Source: Takakia lepidozioides (lineage: Eukaryota; Plantae; Bryophyta). Taken from it: DNA of 64,000 nt. Shown piece after piece: positions 48,701 to 60,429 of the stretch; position 1 is the first letter of the stretch, and every line of letters starts with the position of its first letter. The notes below the pieces were generated by a model. It was not told the origin of the DNA and ran no database searches. It saw only the letters and a program-made list of their open reading frames with translations. The position numbers and the translations under genes were made by a program. Where the stretch lies: the NCBI GenBank assembly GCA_030704615.1, contig CM060732.1, positions 21,390,001 through 21,454,000 of the forward strand, read 5' to 3'.

Positions 48701-50483
48701 TCTACTCTCATTAAAATACAACAGTTTTGTTTGGAAACCAATTTTTGGGTGATCTCAAATTGAGTTGACAACAAAAATAAATTGCAACACCTAATTTGAA
48801 GTTCCTATGAAAAAAGATATAAATGAAAGTAGACTAGTTTAGACTGGACAAAAATTTCGCAAAGTGAGCCACTGTAGCATGCTTCTACCCGACAGCAAGT
48901 TTATTCGCCCTACCACTCGGTTGGGCGTTTCCGAAACCCGTAAAATTTTGCCACCATTCCCACACGGTAGCGTGACTATTCTCTTGCAGCCATCTATGAC
49001 CGCTCCGGATTTGCTCAAAAAGGTCATCCCCAAAATGAGATCCACTCCATCGATCTCGCAAATGGTGAAGTTCCCACGTCCCTCCCAACTCCTCAGCTGA
49101 AGAGGAACATCGAACGCCAACCTCGTCGCTAGTGGTTCTCCTTTGGCATAACGCACTTCAATAGAGGCCCCCACATCACTTGTCGGGAGCCCCAGCTTTT
49201 GTGTCGTTGTCGGTGTCATGAAGGAGTACGACGCTCCTTTGTCCACCAACAACGACACGTTAGTTCCGAAAATTATCCCACTCACAAACATTAACTAACT
49301 CCCTTTACACAGGGCACCAGTCTCCTAATACAACTCACAAGAGTAGTTGCCTACCTTGCAAGTCTTGGCGACCACCGCTTCCACCAAGTGGCTGATGGAA
49401 TCTTTGGACACCTCCGTGGTCGGCCGAGTCATGTTCAATTGTTGGGATTTTGCGCACTTCTTGGCCATGTGCCTAGGCTCCCCGCAATTAAAGCACACTC
49501 CATCGAAGGTCGCCTTCTGTCCGCCATAAGCCGCCGCACCTGATTTTCTTTTCGGAGTACCGGGTGTCGCCTTGACGTGTGAAGGCTCTCCCTTCGATTT
49601 CCATGTGCCATTGTCGCCTTGTGGCCTATCCCACTTCTTTTTTGGTCGGAAGGAGTCACCCTCCCACCGGGTCTTCTTGTGGTTCAGCTCCGTACGGCCT
49701 TGTCTTTCGCCCTTAGGGACATCCGAGAAACATTCAGCCTTTTCAATTGCCTCGTTCAAAGTCTTAGGTGGATTCCCTTCCAACTTCCGTCTGGCCCATA
49801 GGGCCAGTCCCGCCACAAAGTTGAAGACCATTTCTGGTTCTACCATATCCACGACTTCGAGCAACAACACATTGAAAGCCTGAACATATCATCCGTTTGC
49901 TTCAAATTCCTCATCTTGTCCCGGGCGAGCCAGGACGCGTTGAGGGGCACAAATTGTCTTTTCCTTGAACCCACTCTAGCTCAAGGTTTCTGGGTTTGGA
50001 CCTTGGTCATGAAGGCATTTTTGCCACCATTGTTGAGCATAGCCCCTCAAATAGGTGGGAGCCACTTCCACCCGATCCTCGTCACTCAACTTGGCCGCCC
50101 GGAAGTACTGCTCTAGCTCCAAGAGCCAGGTATTGAGTGCCTTCCGATTTCAGACGCCCTCGAAGGTGCTGGGTTCCTTAGGCTTCATCTTAAACTTTGC
50201 CTTAGTGGAAGTGACATTAGCTGCCTTCAACACATCTTTCAACGTCCCGCCAAACTGCGCCAACAACCCTTCCCAAAAGGCTGCTGGCATGGGAGACATC
50301 TATTGGTCTGGCGGAGCCTCCGAGAAGTCCTCGGGCTCCGACTCCCCAGATTCTTCCCATTCTCGAGCAGCCTCGCTTTCAGAAGCATAAATCGCCTCTT
50401 CCAATTGCCGCTTCGGTGACACGTCGCCCCCACTGGGCTCACCATACAACACTCTTTGGGTCCACACCATTTTGTTCGGCCCA
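45718..50483 (-). pseudogene. Gypsy gag-pol (gag with CCHC, protease, RT, RNase H, integrase, chromodomain)
   Basis: CFNCGEPRHMAKKC; LLVDKGAS; [31 protein letters not shown]; NVVADALSR; HDGPLASH...CTACQ; VHPVFHVSLLK; EYEVETVLKSR...LVK*KGY...TW. Multiple stops and frameshifts; start approximate. Confidence 0.93.
48654..48890. mobile_element. 237-bp non-autonomous TIR element with 4-bp TSD, inserted between protease and RT
   Basis: TIR GGG(C/T)AGAAGCATGCTACAGTGGCTCACTTT at both ends; GACA at 48650-53 and 48891-94. Removing it restores the pol frame (RINLLS|AKEWAVEEP). Confidence 0.92.
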
Positions 50484-50526
50484 TAGATGGCGCATGCGAC
50501 CTTGCTGATCGCGTACTGAACTCTAA

Positions 50527-50538
50527 GCTATGATACCA
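50527..50538 (-). other. Primer-binding site, tRNA-iMet type
   Basis: TGGTATCATAGC, 2 nt internal to the 5' LTR (canonical TGGTATCAGAGC). Confidence 0.85.
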
Positions 50539-50540
50539 AG

Positions 50541-51260
50541 TATCGCGCACCTCACTTAAGCTCCCCTTCAAGTCATAGTTACTCGCTTTGATGCGCATGC
50601 CTAACTCCCAAACTGGCCGCCGAGCCAACTCGGAGCTTCGACTGCTCACCGGGACATAACGTCCCCCTTTGCTCCTCCACAAGACTCTCTCTCAATTTGG
50701 GCCTAGTAAAAATTCCCTTTGGTTGTTCGCAGTCCGGAACAGCTCCCCACACCTTGGTCGCTTTCCGGCTCGCACGCTTACTTACTAGTTTTTGGTCACC
50801 AACGGGCTTACACCGTTCTCGGGGTTACTACTCCCTATATATACTTCTGTGACTGTCCACGGGGGTTTCACAAACAACCCAGTCATTTTATGGCGAACCA
50901 CCACGAAAACCCTCGATTCCCGGTGATGAGTCGCGGTGTGTCTTGGCCCACCCACCACGGCCCCATTGGACCGTGATGAGTCCCAAGACTCCCCACGACT
51001 CCCACCACAAGGTTTCCGCCCCATGGTGAGTCCTATGTCACCCCCACTAAGACTCACTAAGCTACCACCACCCTTTGTGGAAACCACCCACCGCAACCCG
51101 GTGTGCGGGGCTCCACCTAGTAAGCGCCTCCGCCTCCTTGAGTGCCTTGGGCACTCAAGGGTGCTTTAGCCCCCGTACCTATTGTTGCCACTGCCCCCAC
51201 ACACAGGGGCAGCCCCTCTCGGTCCGACCCTCCCGGCTCTCAAGGCAAAGGGCCGTGACA
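50541..51260 (-). repeat. 5' LTR (720 bp)
   Basis: tatcgcgcacctcactt...ggccgtgaca, adjacent to the PBS. Confidence 0.95.
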
Positions 51261-52739
51261 AGCATGGTTGCCAAGGGGGATCAAGCTCAAAGGGCAGCAA
51301 AGATGGCCATGTGCGAGGATCCGTCGTGTGCAGAAGCTGCAGCGGGAATGCTAACCTTGCAGTTGGGCCTACATTTGCAGATGAGGTCATGAAAGTGGCT
51401 AGGAACACGGTCTTCCAGGCGCTTTTCTCAAGTGTGCGACCGGCGGGAGAAGCCGTGCGAGAAGGCGTTCAGTTCTCGATGAGAGGAGTCATCAACAATA
51501 ATGGCGTCTTGGCATGGGACCGGAAGCTCATCTTACAAGAGTTGCAAAGCATAGCGCCTGCAATGATAACATGAGTATTTATCGGCGAGCGGCTTGTGGA
51601 TGTGGAGGCGTTTGTAAACATTTGCACGTTCATGGATGTGCCTCCACTGGTTGAGGTAGGCAGCCTACAACCACTCTATCGCATACGCAAGCACCTCATT
51701 GTTTTGTTCGTTTTTTGTTCATATGACACAACGTGACCTTGCGTGTTTATGCACATGAGCGGTTCAAAGACTGTGTTCGAGACATGACGTATGTTGAGAG
51801 ATCGCAACTTTTCAAATTCATCAGTGGCTCCTCTTTCTTCTCGTACGAAGGCATCAAGATCGAAGGCCAACCTAGCTTGCCCACAAACCAACTTCCCACA
51901 GCTGCTACATGCTACAGCACATTGCACATATCGCTGTATGAGACCCCGAAGAAAATGAAGCTCAAACTGACATATGCAGCTCTTCACTCGGATGGTGCAT
52001 TTGGAGATATATGAGAGACAAGCGCTCACCAACTTGTCCTCGTATGTTGATTCACTGGTGCACAAATTGAGGTTTCATCTCTTGTGACGGCTCATGTATG
52101 ATTGGACGTCTTCATGTCCTGTGAGGTGCCTAAAGTTTGTTCAGTTGGCATGGTGTGTCGAAACAGGAAGCAACAACAAAAATAGATATGGCGGGCGAAG
52201 TTGTCAGGCGAAGTTGCTGATGGAGCCTCTTATTTGGTGCGTTAGACATTGACGATGGACTGTAGAGACGCATGAATATATGAAGCAGGAATGCGAGCAT
52301 ACTTGAGGTTGTTGGAGTAGAAGCAACAAACATCGAGACAAGTGGCTACTTCATTGACAATGGGAGTGGGAGTGGTGTAGTGTAATGGTTGGGGATCAAA
52401 ACAGCCTGTTCCTCAACATCTCTGATCTTCATATTCCTTGGTTTGACAATAAAACTGCATATTTGCCTGCCTAATCCTTGCTGCATGTGCAACCGCTGAT
52501 TGAGGTGCTATTTAATAGTAAATTTCAGATGCCAGTATCATATACATATATCATGACCTTCCCATCCTCACAAGTGTAGCCCAGCCCCCCCCCCCCTCCC
52601 AACACCCAGCCCAATAAAACTTAATCCCTTGCTAACATACTGAAATGGGACGACTTTGAAGCCTCCAAATCCCTATGAAAATCCAAATGTGAAGACGCAA
52701 TCACATTGGCCGTCCCTAGGACCACCATGTTCCATGGAA

Positions 52740-53450
52740 CAGGCATATGATTCCGGGGTAATGCCTTTGGAATGACGTAAACTTGTGACTAATAGAGTCC
52801 ACCTCTATTGGGGTATAGAACATGGCATAAATTTAAGGGTAATACCCTTACAAGGATGTCCTCTGCTTGTGACAGACTATACCTCTACTGGTATATGCAC
52901 AAAGGACGTTGTTTTTGAGTGCGCAGTGAAAGACATCCACACATCACCCTCAGATGGTGTTCCAGCTTCACCTTCATTACGAGCGACAGCCGTTGACAGT
53001 CGCCCTTTTAAGCATGACCACGGGCGACCGTAACAACGGTCGCCCATATGATGGGTGGTCGGGAGGCGTAGGAAGTGGCGGGCATGTTCATGCTTCACCT
53101 TAATAACAGTCGCCCGTTTACGGATGGCAATGTGCGACCATATTCGCGGTCACCCCTAAAGAATATAGGCCCGCGAGCATAGGACTTGGCGGGTTCAGCA
53201 TTTTTGAGAAACACGCGGCGACCGTCCGAAAATGGAGGCTCCCGGTGATATCTCTTAAAGGATATACGCTGTGACTCACGGACCCTGCCTCTGCTGTGTC
53301 CTTGAAACATGGCATGGACTTACAGGCGATACCACGGCAGGGATGTCGACAGTGGATTCCAGACTATACCTCTGCTGGTATATGCAACAGGGCGACGATT
53401 TGCAGGTGATACCTCTGCAAGGGTGTGCGCTGCGAGTACCGTGTTCTTCG
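52740..53450. repeat. Two clusters of degenerate, roughly 80-bp repeats
   Basis: cagactatacctct(a/g)ctggtatatgca at about 52873 and 53360; related ggtRataCct...aaggRtRt units at about 52755, 52838, 53244, 53325 and 53405. Confidence 0.6.
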
Positions 53451-53641
53451 AGACACCCACAGGGCTGACGAAGTGGACCGATTTCCTGAGAGTGGCAATT
53501 GGAAATGCGGGGCAATAAAATACTCATTTGTGGCATGAGATATACATAGGCATCTGAAATCATGGATCTGATATTATGACATGATATGTGTGGCATGACC
53601 ATGTAATGAATATGAATGCCTCCTGGAAATGGATGGTAGGA

Positions 53642-53799
53642 TGGGAACAAGTGGGTTGTTGGGAACAAGTGGGATGTTGGGAATAACTAGTTGTTAACAA
53701 GTGGGTTGTTCGGAACAACTGTCCCAACAACTCGTTGTTATTTGATAACAACACGTGAGATGTTATTAAATAACAACGACTTGTTAACAAACAGTAGTG
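53642..53799. repeat. Short aacaa/ttgtt repeats plus hairpin ending in GTAGTG (CACTA-like terminus)
   Basis: gggaacaagtggg(t/a)tgtt repeats; tcgttgttatttgataaca...tgttattaaataacaacga inverted repeat; GTAGTG at 53794-99 reads CACTAC on the minus strand. No matching opposite end found. Confidence 0.5.
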
Positions 53800-53900
53800 G
53801 AGAAGCATATTTGGGTAGATGCTTTGGTTTGAAGCATCTTTTGGCACATCACGTTGATGTATTGAAGGCTGTAGATGTGGTCAAATGGTACACACTTAGT

Positions 53901-54050
53901 GAATACTTTTTGACCACATCTACACCCATAACAAACCCTGTCACACCCATAACAACTCGTTGTGAAGAACATCGCGTTGATGTTGTTATGGGTGTGACAG
54001 GGACAGCGAGGGGTCGGAACAGGGACAGGGTTTGTGGTCAAAAAGTATTC
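53901..54050. mobile_element. 150-bp foldback / MITE-like element
   Basis: Perfect 18-bp terminal inverted repeat gaatactttttgaccaca/tgtggtcaaaaagtattc and perfect inner 21-bp inverted repeat ccctgtcacacccataacaac/gttgttatgggtgtgacaggg. Confidence 0.7.
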
Positions 54051-56858
54051 CATACTCCAATTGAACCACCACGCTACGCGCTGCTTTCATGTCATTTACA
54101 AACCTTTTAATGATTTGATGTACAATACGGGTCCGCAAACGCGGAAGGACTGGGTATCAAATCCCGGGTGGGGATTTGACCGCTACCTGTACGCTTTCAC
54201 GTTCGCAATGAATTTTGCTATTCCAAATTTGAGATGCGGGCTCATAATCTGAAACGTTGGCAGGGAAGGCACGGGAAGAGAAGAAGAGGGGTTGGTGGGG
54301 CGGATTGCGATGGCCTTGCCCAGTGCGACGATGAGGACTGGAGCAAATGTGATTGAAAGTTCACAGATTGGTTGGTTGTTAGGCGAGTGGCTTCATTTTC
54401 CTGGTGGGGAGAAGCGTGGAACTGCAACAACGACCGTGTTACAGAGCACCGAGTGTCATTCTAGGGCTAACGCGGACTCCGTCTCCGAAACATGTTGTCT
54501 ATTCAAATTCAGGAGTGTGATTGTTGCCCTGCACCTGAACACACTGATGTAAGACTATGATGAAACCCTGTAAGACTATGGCTGCATGTAGAGAGAGAAG
54601 GGAAAAATGTGTCCCCGTCGATCTTGTATGAGGAAAGGCTGAATCACAACCTTGCAAGCCAAGAAATTGGGCGTCTGGCAGGCGGGCGCAGCAGCAGAGC
54701 AATCAGAATCATCACGAAAGTGTGACACACAGAGTCTCTTGGGCGCTGAAGTGAAGCCGATAGATAGATCTCAGTTGCGAAATGCCAAGAAATGGGTATA
54801 CACGGGGAGAGGGGCACTGTACTACATCCCCGAGGCGCCTAGTTGGTCATCGTATACGACTGCCATCTGCGTGGTCCAGGCCAGGAAGGAGCCTGCTTGT
54901 GAGGTGTAGGGATTGCTTTGCTTTCCTATTTGTTTCACTCTCACGCAGGCACAGGGATGGCAACTGGCTCCACCACACTCCTGCGTGCGCTGATAGAAGC
55001 CACACAAAAAGCCCTGTTTTTCCCCTATGCCAAACGAGCGGGAGGCCTCACACCAGTCAACAGCCGGGCTGTGGAGCGGAAACGGGTATCCAACTTGGCA
55101 ATGCAGGGCCCTAGACCCTTGAAACTCCTGCCTATGGCGCCTCCTAATCCAGAGAAACCAAGAAAAGGTATAGACATCTACATCTTTGCAAATTTGCTTG
55201 AGTCTCTACCATGTGTGGGTTGCAAGAATCCAGTCTCCGTGGTCTCTCATACGTCACAGCAAAAATATTAGCTACTCCGTGCAAGGAATTCACTTTAAGG
55301 TTGTACACGAGTGGCATGCACACCCTTGTCCTCCTACCACAAGCTCTTTCACTAGCTGCTGAAATAATGTCTCTTATGTATGATCCATTCATTGCATGAG
55401 AGAGAGATTTACTTATTTACAATGCTCGCTTGCTTATTTATCTCTGTCAGACACCTTGATACCCTTGGTTTAAACAAATGGTTTGGGCTTTCCAGATTCC
55501 CTGTAGAGATCCCTTCACACAATCATCATCTGTGAGCTGCCCAGCAATTAGACCTCAACAGGGCCAGGGAATTAGGCTCAGCCTCGAGATTTAAAAAGTT
55601 GGTGAACAGAGGTGCAGGGACTATGTTGTTGATGGTCCTGAAGAGGGTCACCCTCTGATGAGAATACCCTGGACATTGTATCAGAAAATGGATGTCTAGG
55701 CTGCCCTCACATCGGGCAATTTCCTCCCTTGAGAAAGAGAGAGAGAGAGAGAGAATGTACTCATAAGACGTTGTTTGCCGTAGCCTTGTGGCCATTGACC
55801 CCGCGCCCAGTCTGAGCGGAAACCAAAGGGACAGAACCTACCTCTGTCAGGGGTTGACATTGGTAGTAAGACTTACCTTTATACAAAGAATTGATTCAGG
55901 TTTTCCAGATATCCTCTAGAAATCCCTTCACACAAGCATCAATCTGCTGTGTGTGATTTGCCCAAAAACTAGGCCTCAGAAGGGCCTGGGCTTTTGGCTC
56001 AGCCTCGAGACTTTCAAAGTTGGTAAACAGAGGTACAGGCACAATTCTCTTGATACATTGAAGGAGAGCTTCTCTCTGGTGAGAGAACCCCGGACAGTGA
56101 ATCAGAAAATGAATATTGTCTTCGGGTTGCCCACACAACGGGCAATTGCACTCTCCCTTTCCTCTCTGCTTCTGTTTACTGTTCAAAGGTAGGCTTCCTG
56201 CCCTGAGTTTAAATTTCAGTCTGGTGCCGAGAGTGGGTAGACCCTTGAGTATCCTCCCCCATGTCACAGACTGGAAACAGGTTCAGGGAAGTTTTCTGCC
56301 TAACTTCATTTGCATCAGACAATTTACTGGTAACAGACATGGCTTTGGACACTACAGTCTCTAAGTCAGATTTATCCAGCAAGGTCAAGACTTGCGGGTC
56401 CGGATTCAGATCCTTGAGAATCTCTTCTACTCTCTTCTGCCAGGACTTAGCCTGTTTGACAGGGCGGTCCTGTTTCCAAGATATAGAGCCGATTAACTTA
56501 GGGTATCTGGTGTTGGACATGTGTTGCAACTGACCCCACCATCTGACCTTGAATTCATCTCGTCGGGAGTTTAAGGAAGGGATGCCGAACTCACCCCGAA
56601 CAGCCACATTGGCTGTTTTGGAGCATGTTGACATGCACTCCTTAAGCACCCCCACTTGAATGGATTCTAGAGACTTAGCCTGGTTGGAGTTATCAACCCA
56701 TATAGCAGATCCGTACTCCAAGGCAGGTCTAATAACGCGGCAAAGCAAGGGTTTCTTGACCTCAGAGTTAATCCCTCTGCAGTGTAAAAATTTAGTGAGA
56801 CTCTGCACTTTGCCCTTGCCAGTTTGAACAACTTTCTGGAGAGAGAGAGAGATTGTAC

Positions 56859-59800
56859 TCATAAGACGTTGTTTGCCGTAGCCTTGTGGCCATTGACCCC
56901 GCGCCCAGTTTGAGCGGGAACAAAAGGGACAGAACCTACCTCTGTCAGGGGCTGACGTTGGTAGTAAGACTTACCTCCATATAAAGAATTAATCCGGGTT
57001 TTCCAGATATCCTCTAGAAATCCCTTCACACAAGCATCAATCTGCTGTGTGTGATTTGCCAAAAACTAGGCCTCAGGAGGGCCTGGGCTTTTGGCTCAGC
57101 CTCGAGACTTTCAAAGTTGGTAAACAGGGGTACAGGCACAATTCCCTTAATAGATTTGAAGAGAGCGTCTCTTTGGTGAGAGAACCCCGGACAGTGTATC
57201 AGAAAATGAATACTGTCTTCAGATTGCCCACACAACGGGCAATTGCACTCTCCCTTTCCTCTCTGCTTCTGTTTGCTGTTCAAAGGTAGGCTTCCTGCCC
57301 TGAGTTTAAATTTCAGTCTAGTGCCGAGAGTGGGTAGACCCTTGAGGTCATCCAAGATGTCCCCCATGTCACAGACTGGAAACAAGTTCAGGGAAGTTTT
57401 CTGCCCTAACTTCATTTTCATCAGACAATCTCATGGCAACAGACATGGCTGAGGACACTACAGCCTCTAAGTCAGATTTATCCAGCAGGGTCAAGACTTG
57501 CGGATCCAGGTCCAGGTCCTTGAGGATCTCTTCTACTCTCTTCTGCCAGGACTTAGCCTGTTTGACAGGGCGGTCCTGTTTCCAAGATATAGAGTCGATT
57601 AACTTAGGATATCTGGTGTTGGGCATATGTTGCAGCTGACCCCACCATCTGACCTTGAATTCATCTCGTCGGGAGCTTAAGGACGGAATGCCAAACTCAC
57701 CCCGAACAGCCACATTGGCTGTTTTGGAGCATGCTGACATACACTCCTTAAGCACCCCCACTTGAATGGATTCTAGAGACTTAGCCTGGTTGGAGTTATC
57801 AACCCATATAGCAGATCCGTACTCCAAGGCAGGTCTAATAACGCGACAAAGCATGGTTTTCTTAACCTCAGAGTTGACCCCTCTGCAGTGGAAAAATTTA
57901 GTGAGCCCCAGAGCTTTGCCCTTGCCAGTTTGAACAACTTTCCGGATATGTGCATCCCAATTACAATTGGAGGAGAACTCAACGCCCAGGTAAGTGTAGG
58001 AAGGGAGGACCGGGATCTCTTGGCTACCCCACTGCCACTTAAGATCACTTCCTCCCTCTCCTCTGTCGTTGAATGCTACCACTGCACATTTGCTGACATT
58101 AGCCTCTAGCCCCCAAAGATCAAAGTATCTTCGCGCAATCAATCAACTCCTGGAGATTGGTTGGAGTCTCCCCTATGCCTGCGAAGTCATCCGCAAACAT
58201 AAGGGCTGGTATGGTGGTATCACCCACCCTTAACCCAAATCCCTCACTTTCCACATCCTCGAGGAGTTGATTGATGAAAACATTGAAGAGCAGAGGGGAG
58301 AGAGTACATCCTTGAGCTACACCTTGGTCTATGTCATACAAGTTGGTGTGAGCATACAAGTTGTGGACAACTCTCCACATCTTTCCCTTGATCCCACAAG
58401 ACCAGAGGCGGAACCATAGGCCATCTCTCCACACTGTGTCATAAGCCTTTTTGACATCCAGGAAAAAGACATAAGTGGGTTTCCCTTCTTTTTTCCTTCC
58501 CTGGATAATCTGGCTTAGAGAAGATATGATCCACACAGCCCCTGTTTCGCCGAAGCCAGCTTGGCCTTCGTGGAAACAACCTCTAGACTCCAGATCAACC
58601 TCGAGACGAGTACTTATAACTCTGCAGAATGTCTTGCCAACAGCATTGAGGAGCGTGATGCCACGGTAGTTCCCCGGTTCTTCTCTGTCACCCTTCTTGT
58701 ATAGATTGACAATGACCCCCTGTCGCCAGCGAAAGGGGATCATTTCAGTCTTCCAGATAAGGTTAAAGAGGAGAACTAGGGCCCTATCATGGGATCGCCA
58801 CCGTGCTTGATAAGCTCGTTGACAATACCATCAGGTCCACCAGCTTATATCCATTTAAATGTTCAATTGCTTCCACAATCTCAGAAGAACTAATGGGAGC
58901 ATTATAAGCCATTGAAATATACTCCAGTTCATCAGGGCTGTTTTGAATCATAGGAACAGTTTTTCCAACTGTGTCCCTCCATTCAGCAGAAGACCCCTCA
59001 CTGTTAGACCTAGAAGTTGCCAAGGATACTGTAGTGAGTTTCAAGGTTTTGACAATGTCAACCGATGAAGTCACCACTGCACCTTTAGTAGTCTTCAGCG
59101 CTTGTACTTGCTGACCGTTTTTCGGCTTGTACAAACGTTGAAGGGCCAACCAGAATTTCTTGTCATTACCACCATGGTGGTTTGAGTTTATTTCACTGTA
59201 TAACTTGTCCCAGTATAATTTCTTCTGAGACCTAACAAGCTGATTGATATCTTTACGGAGCTGGTAGTACCTCGCCCACAATTCTCTGTTGGTTTCCAAA
59301 TTGCAGCACTCTTTATAGAGGGCTCGTCTCTCAGCTATCTTGAGTTTAATCTCATTAGTCCACCAATTAACTGCTCTACCGCAGACAATTAGTTTCCTCC
59401 CAATGATCTTGTCAGCCACGGAGGAAACGAAACTCTCCCAAGAGTCCACTGCTCTTTCGACTTCATTTCTTGCGTTAACAGAGCGTGACTGAAGTTCTTG
59501 GAGCGATTGGACAAAATGAGGGAGAGCCTCTTGCAAGGCCTGGACGTACTCAGCCTTGACCTCCTCATTGTGGAATTTTTCTATGCGCCACTTCCGAATC
59601 GAACGTTTCACAGATCTCTTGGTGGTGGGAAAACACCTTTTGATCTCAGTCCAAACCAGGAAGTGGTCAGAGGTACCAATATCAGTTCTGTCGATCAACA
59701 CATTGGCACACTGGGGGAACAAAATTTTGTCCATTATGATATAGTCCACAATGGAACGTTCCCCAGTTTGGGATTTCTCACGAGTCCACTGCACTTGGTC

Positions 59801-60406
59801 ACCTCTTGTCCTGTTATTCAAGGTCAAAAGCTGAAGCTCTTCTAGACAGTTAATTAACCGTCTGCCATTTAGAATTCAGCTCGTCCTCACCAAAAGGTCC
59901 AATGATATCGTCCTGATGGATCCCTTTGCCCACCCGGGCATTGAAGTCCCCCAATAGTACCACCTGACCTTTGGCAAGGAACGAAGCACAGTCCAGCTTT
60001 ACATCTTCGAAGGCCTTGTCTGCGTCAGCACTAAGGGTCCCCTCTGTGGGCATGTAAACACAACCAACAAAGAGGTCCTTTGTACTCATGCCGCCCTTCA
60101 AATTCAGTTTTAGCCAGATACTATGCTCGTACCTCAAACCCTTGTTGATAATTTCACAATTGTCAAACAAGAAATCACGGACAAAGAATCCGACCCCTTT
60201 TTGACCGCGTTTGGCAGAGGCTGCCTTGAGAGTACACATCTTACCTGCCCATTTATAACCATGACATCTCCAACCAGTTTATCCGACGTTTCCCATGTTT
60301 CTTGCCCAGCACAGATATGAATATCATTAGTCCGAAGAACTTGTCCCACTTCAAGTTGTTTCCTTTGGTTGGTCAACCCTGAGAAGTTGAAAGTGGCCAG
60401 CCGCAA
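56859..60406 (-). pseudogene. APE endonuclease, RT and C-terminal Cys/His finger of the full-length copy (frameshifted)
   Basis: LATFNFSGL, GQETW, GVGFFV, VGCVYMP, LLGDFNARVG, SIVDYII, SDHFLV, NYRGITLLN, FLDVKKAYDTV, GVAQGCTLSP, LMFADD, YTYLGV, RPALEYGSAIW, KLRAGSLPL, CPLCGQSEDSIHFLIHCP. The C-terminus resembles RTE-X; clade not tested phylogenetically. Confidence 0.88.
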
Positions 60407-60429
60407 GCCAGCCCTTTGCGTGTGAATTG

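Larger units (their letters stand above)
44056..51260 (-). mobile_element. Full-length Ty3/Gypsy chromovirus LTR retrotransposon (degenerate)
   Basis: Two LTRs with TG...CA-type ends, TSD tgcat/agcat (4 of 5 match), PBS and PPT, domain order gag-PR-RT-RH-IN-chromodomain. Confidence 0.96.
42721..52014 (+). pseudogene. Compact HECT-domain E3 ubiquitin ligase, disrupted
   Basis: N-lobe LRIEY...VDLGGPLRQALSEAWMQFFNDP, FQFFGHLLFLMAL; C-lobe FKDCVRDMTYVERSQLFKFISG...LPTAATCYSTLHISLYETPKKMKLKLTYAA..SDGAFGDI* with catalytic Cys. Introns about 43294-43447, 43651-437xx, 51656-517xx. Lesions: TAG 42778, LTR element in an exon, frameshift near 51350, TGA 51572. Confidence 0.85.

Noticed and set aside
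48668-48876. Tc1/Mariner (TA|CAGTGG...CCACTG|TA) reading of the small TIR element
   Set aside because: The inverted repeat extends about 14 bp beyond the TA, and only removal of 48654-48890 plus one GACA restores the pol frame.
44056-51260. LTR element sitting harmlessly in a HECT intron
   Set aside because: The flanks join in frame as coding sequence, and the gene has independent stops and a frameshift.
38057-54243. Terminal inverted repeat gcccgtaatctcaaatt / aatttgagatgcgggc bounding the accessory block
   Set aside because: About 16 nt with a mismatch and a gap, no TSD and no extension; compatible with chance.
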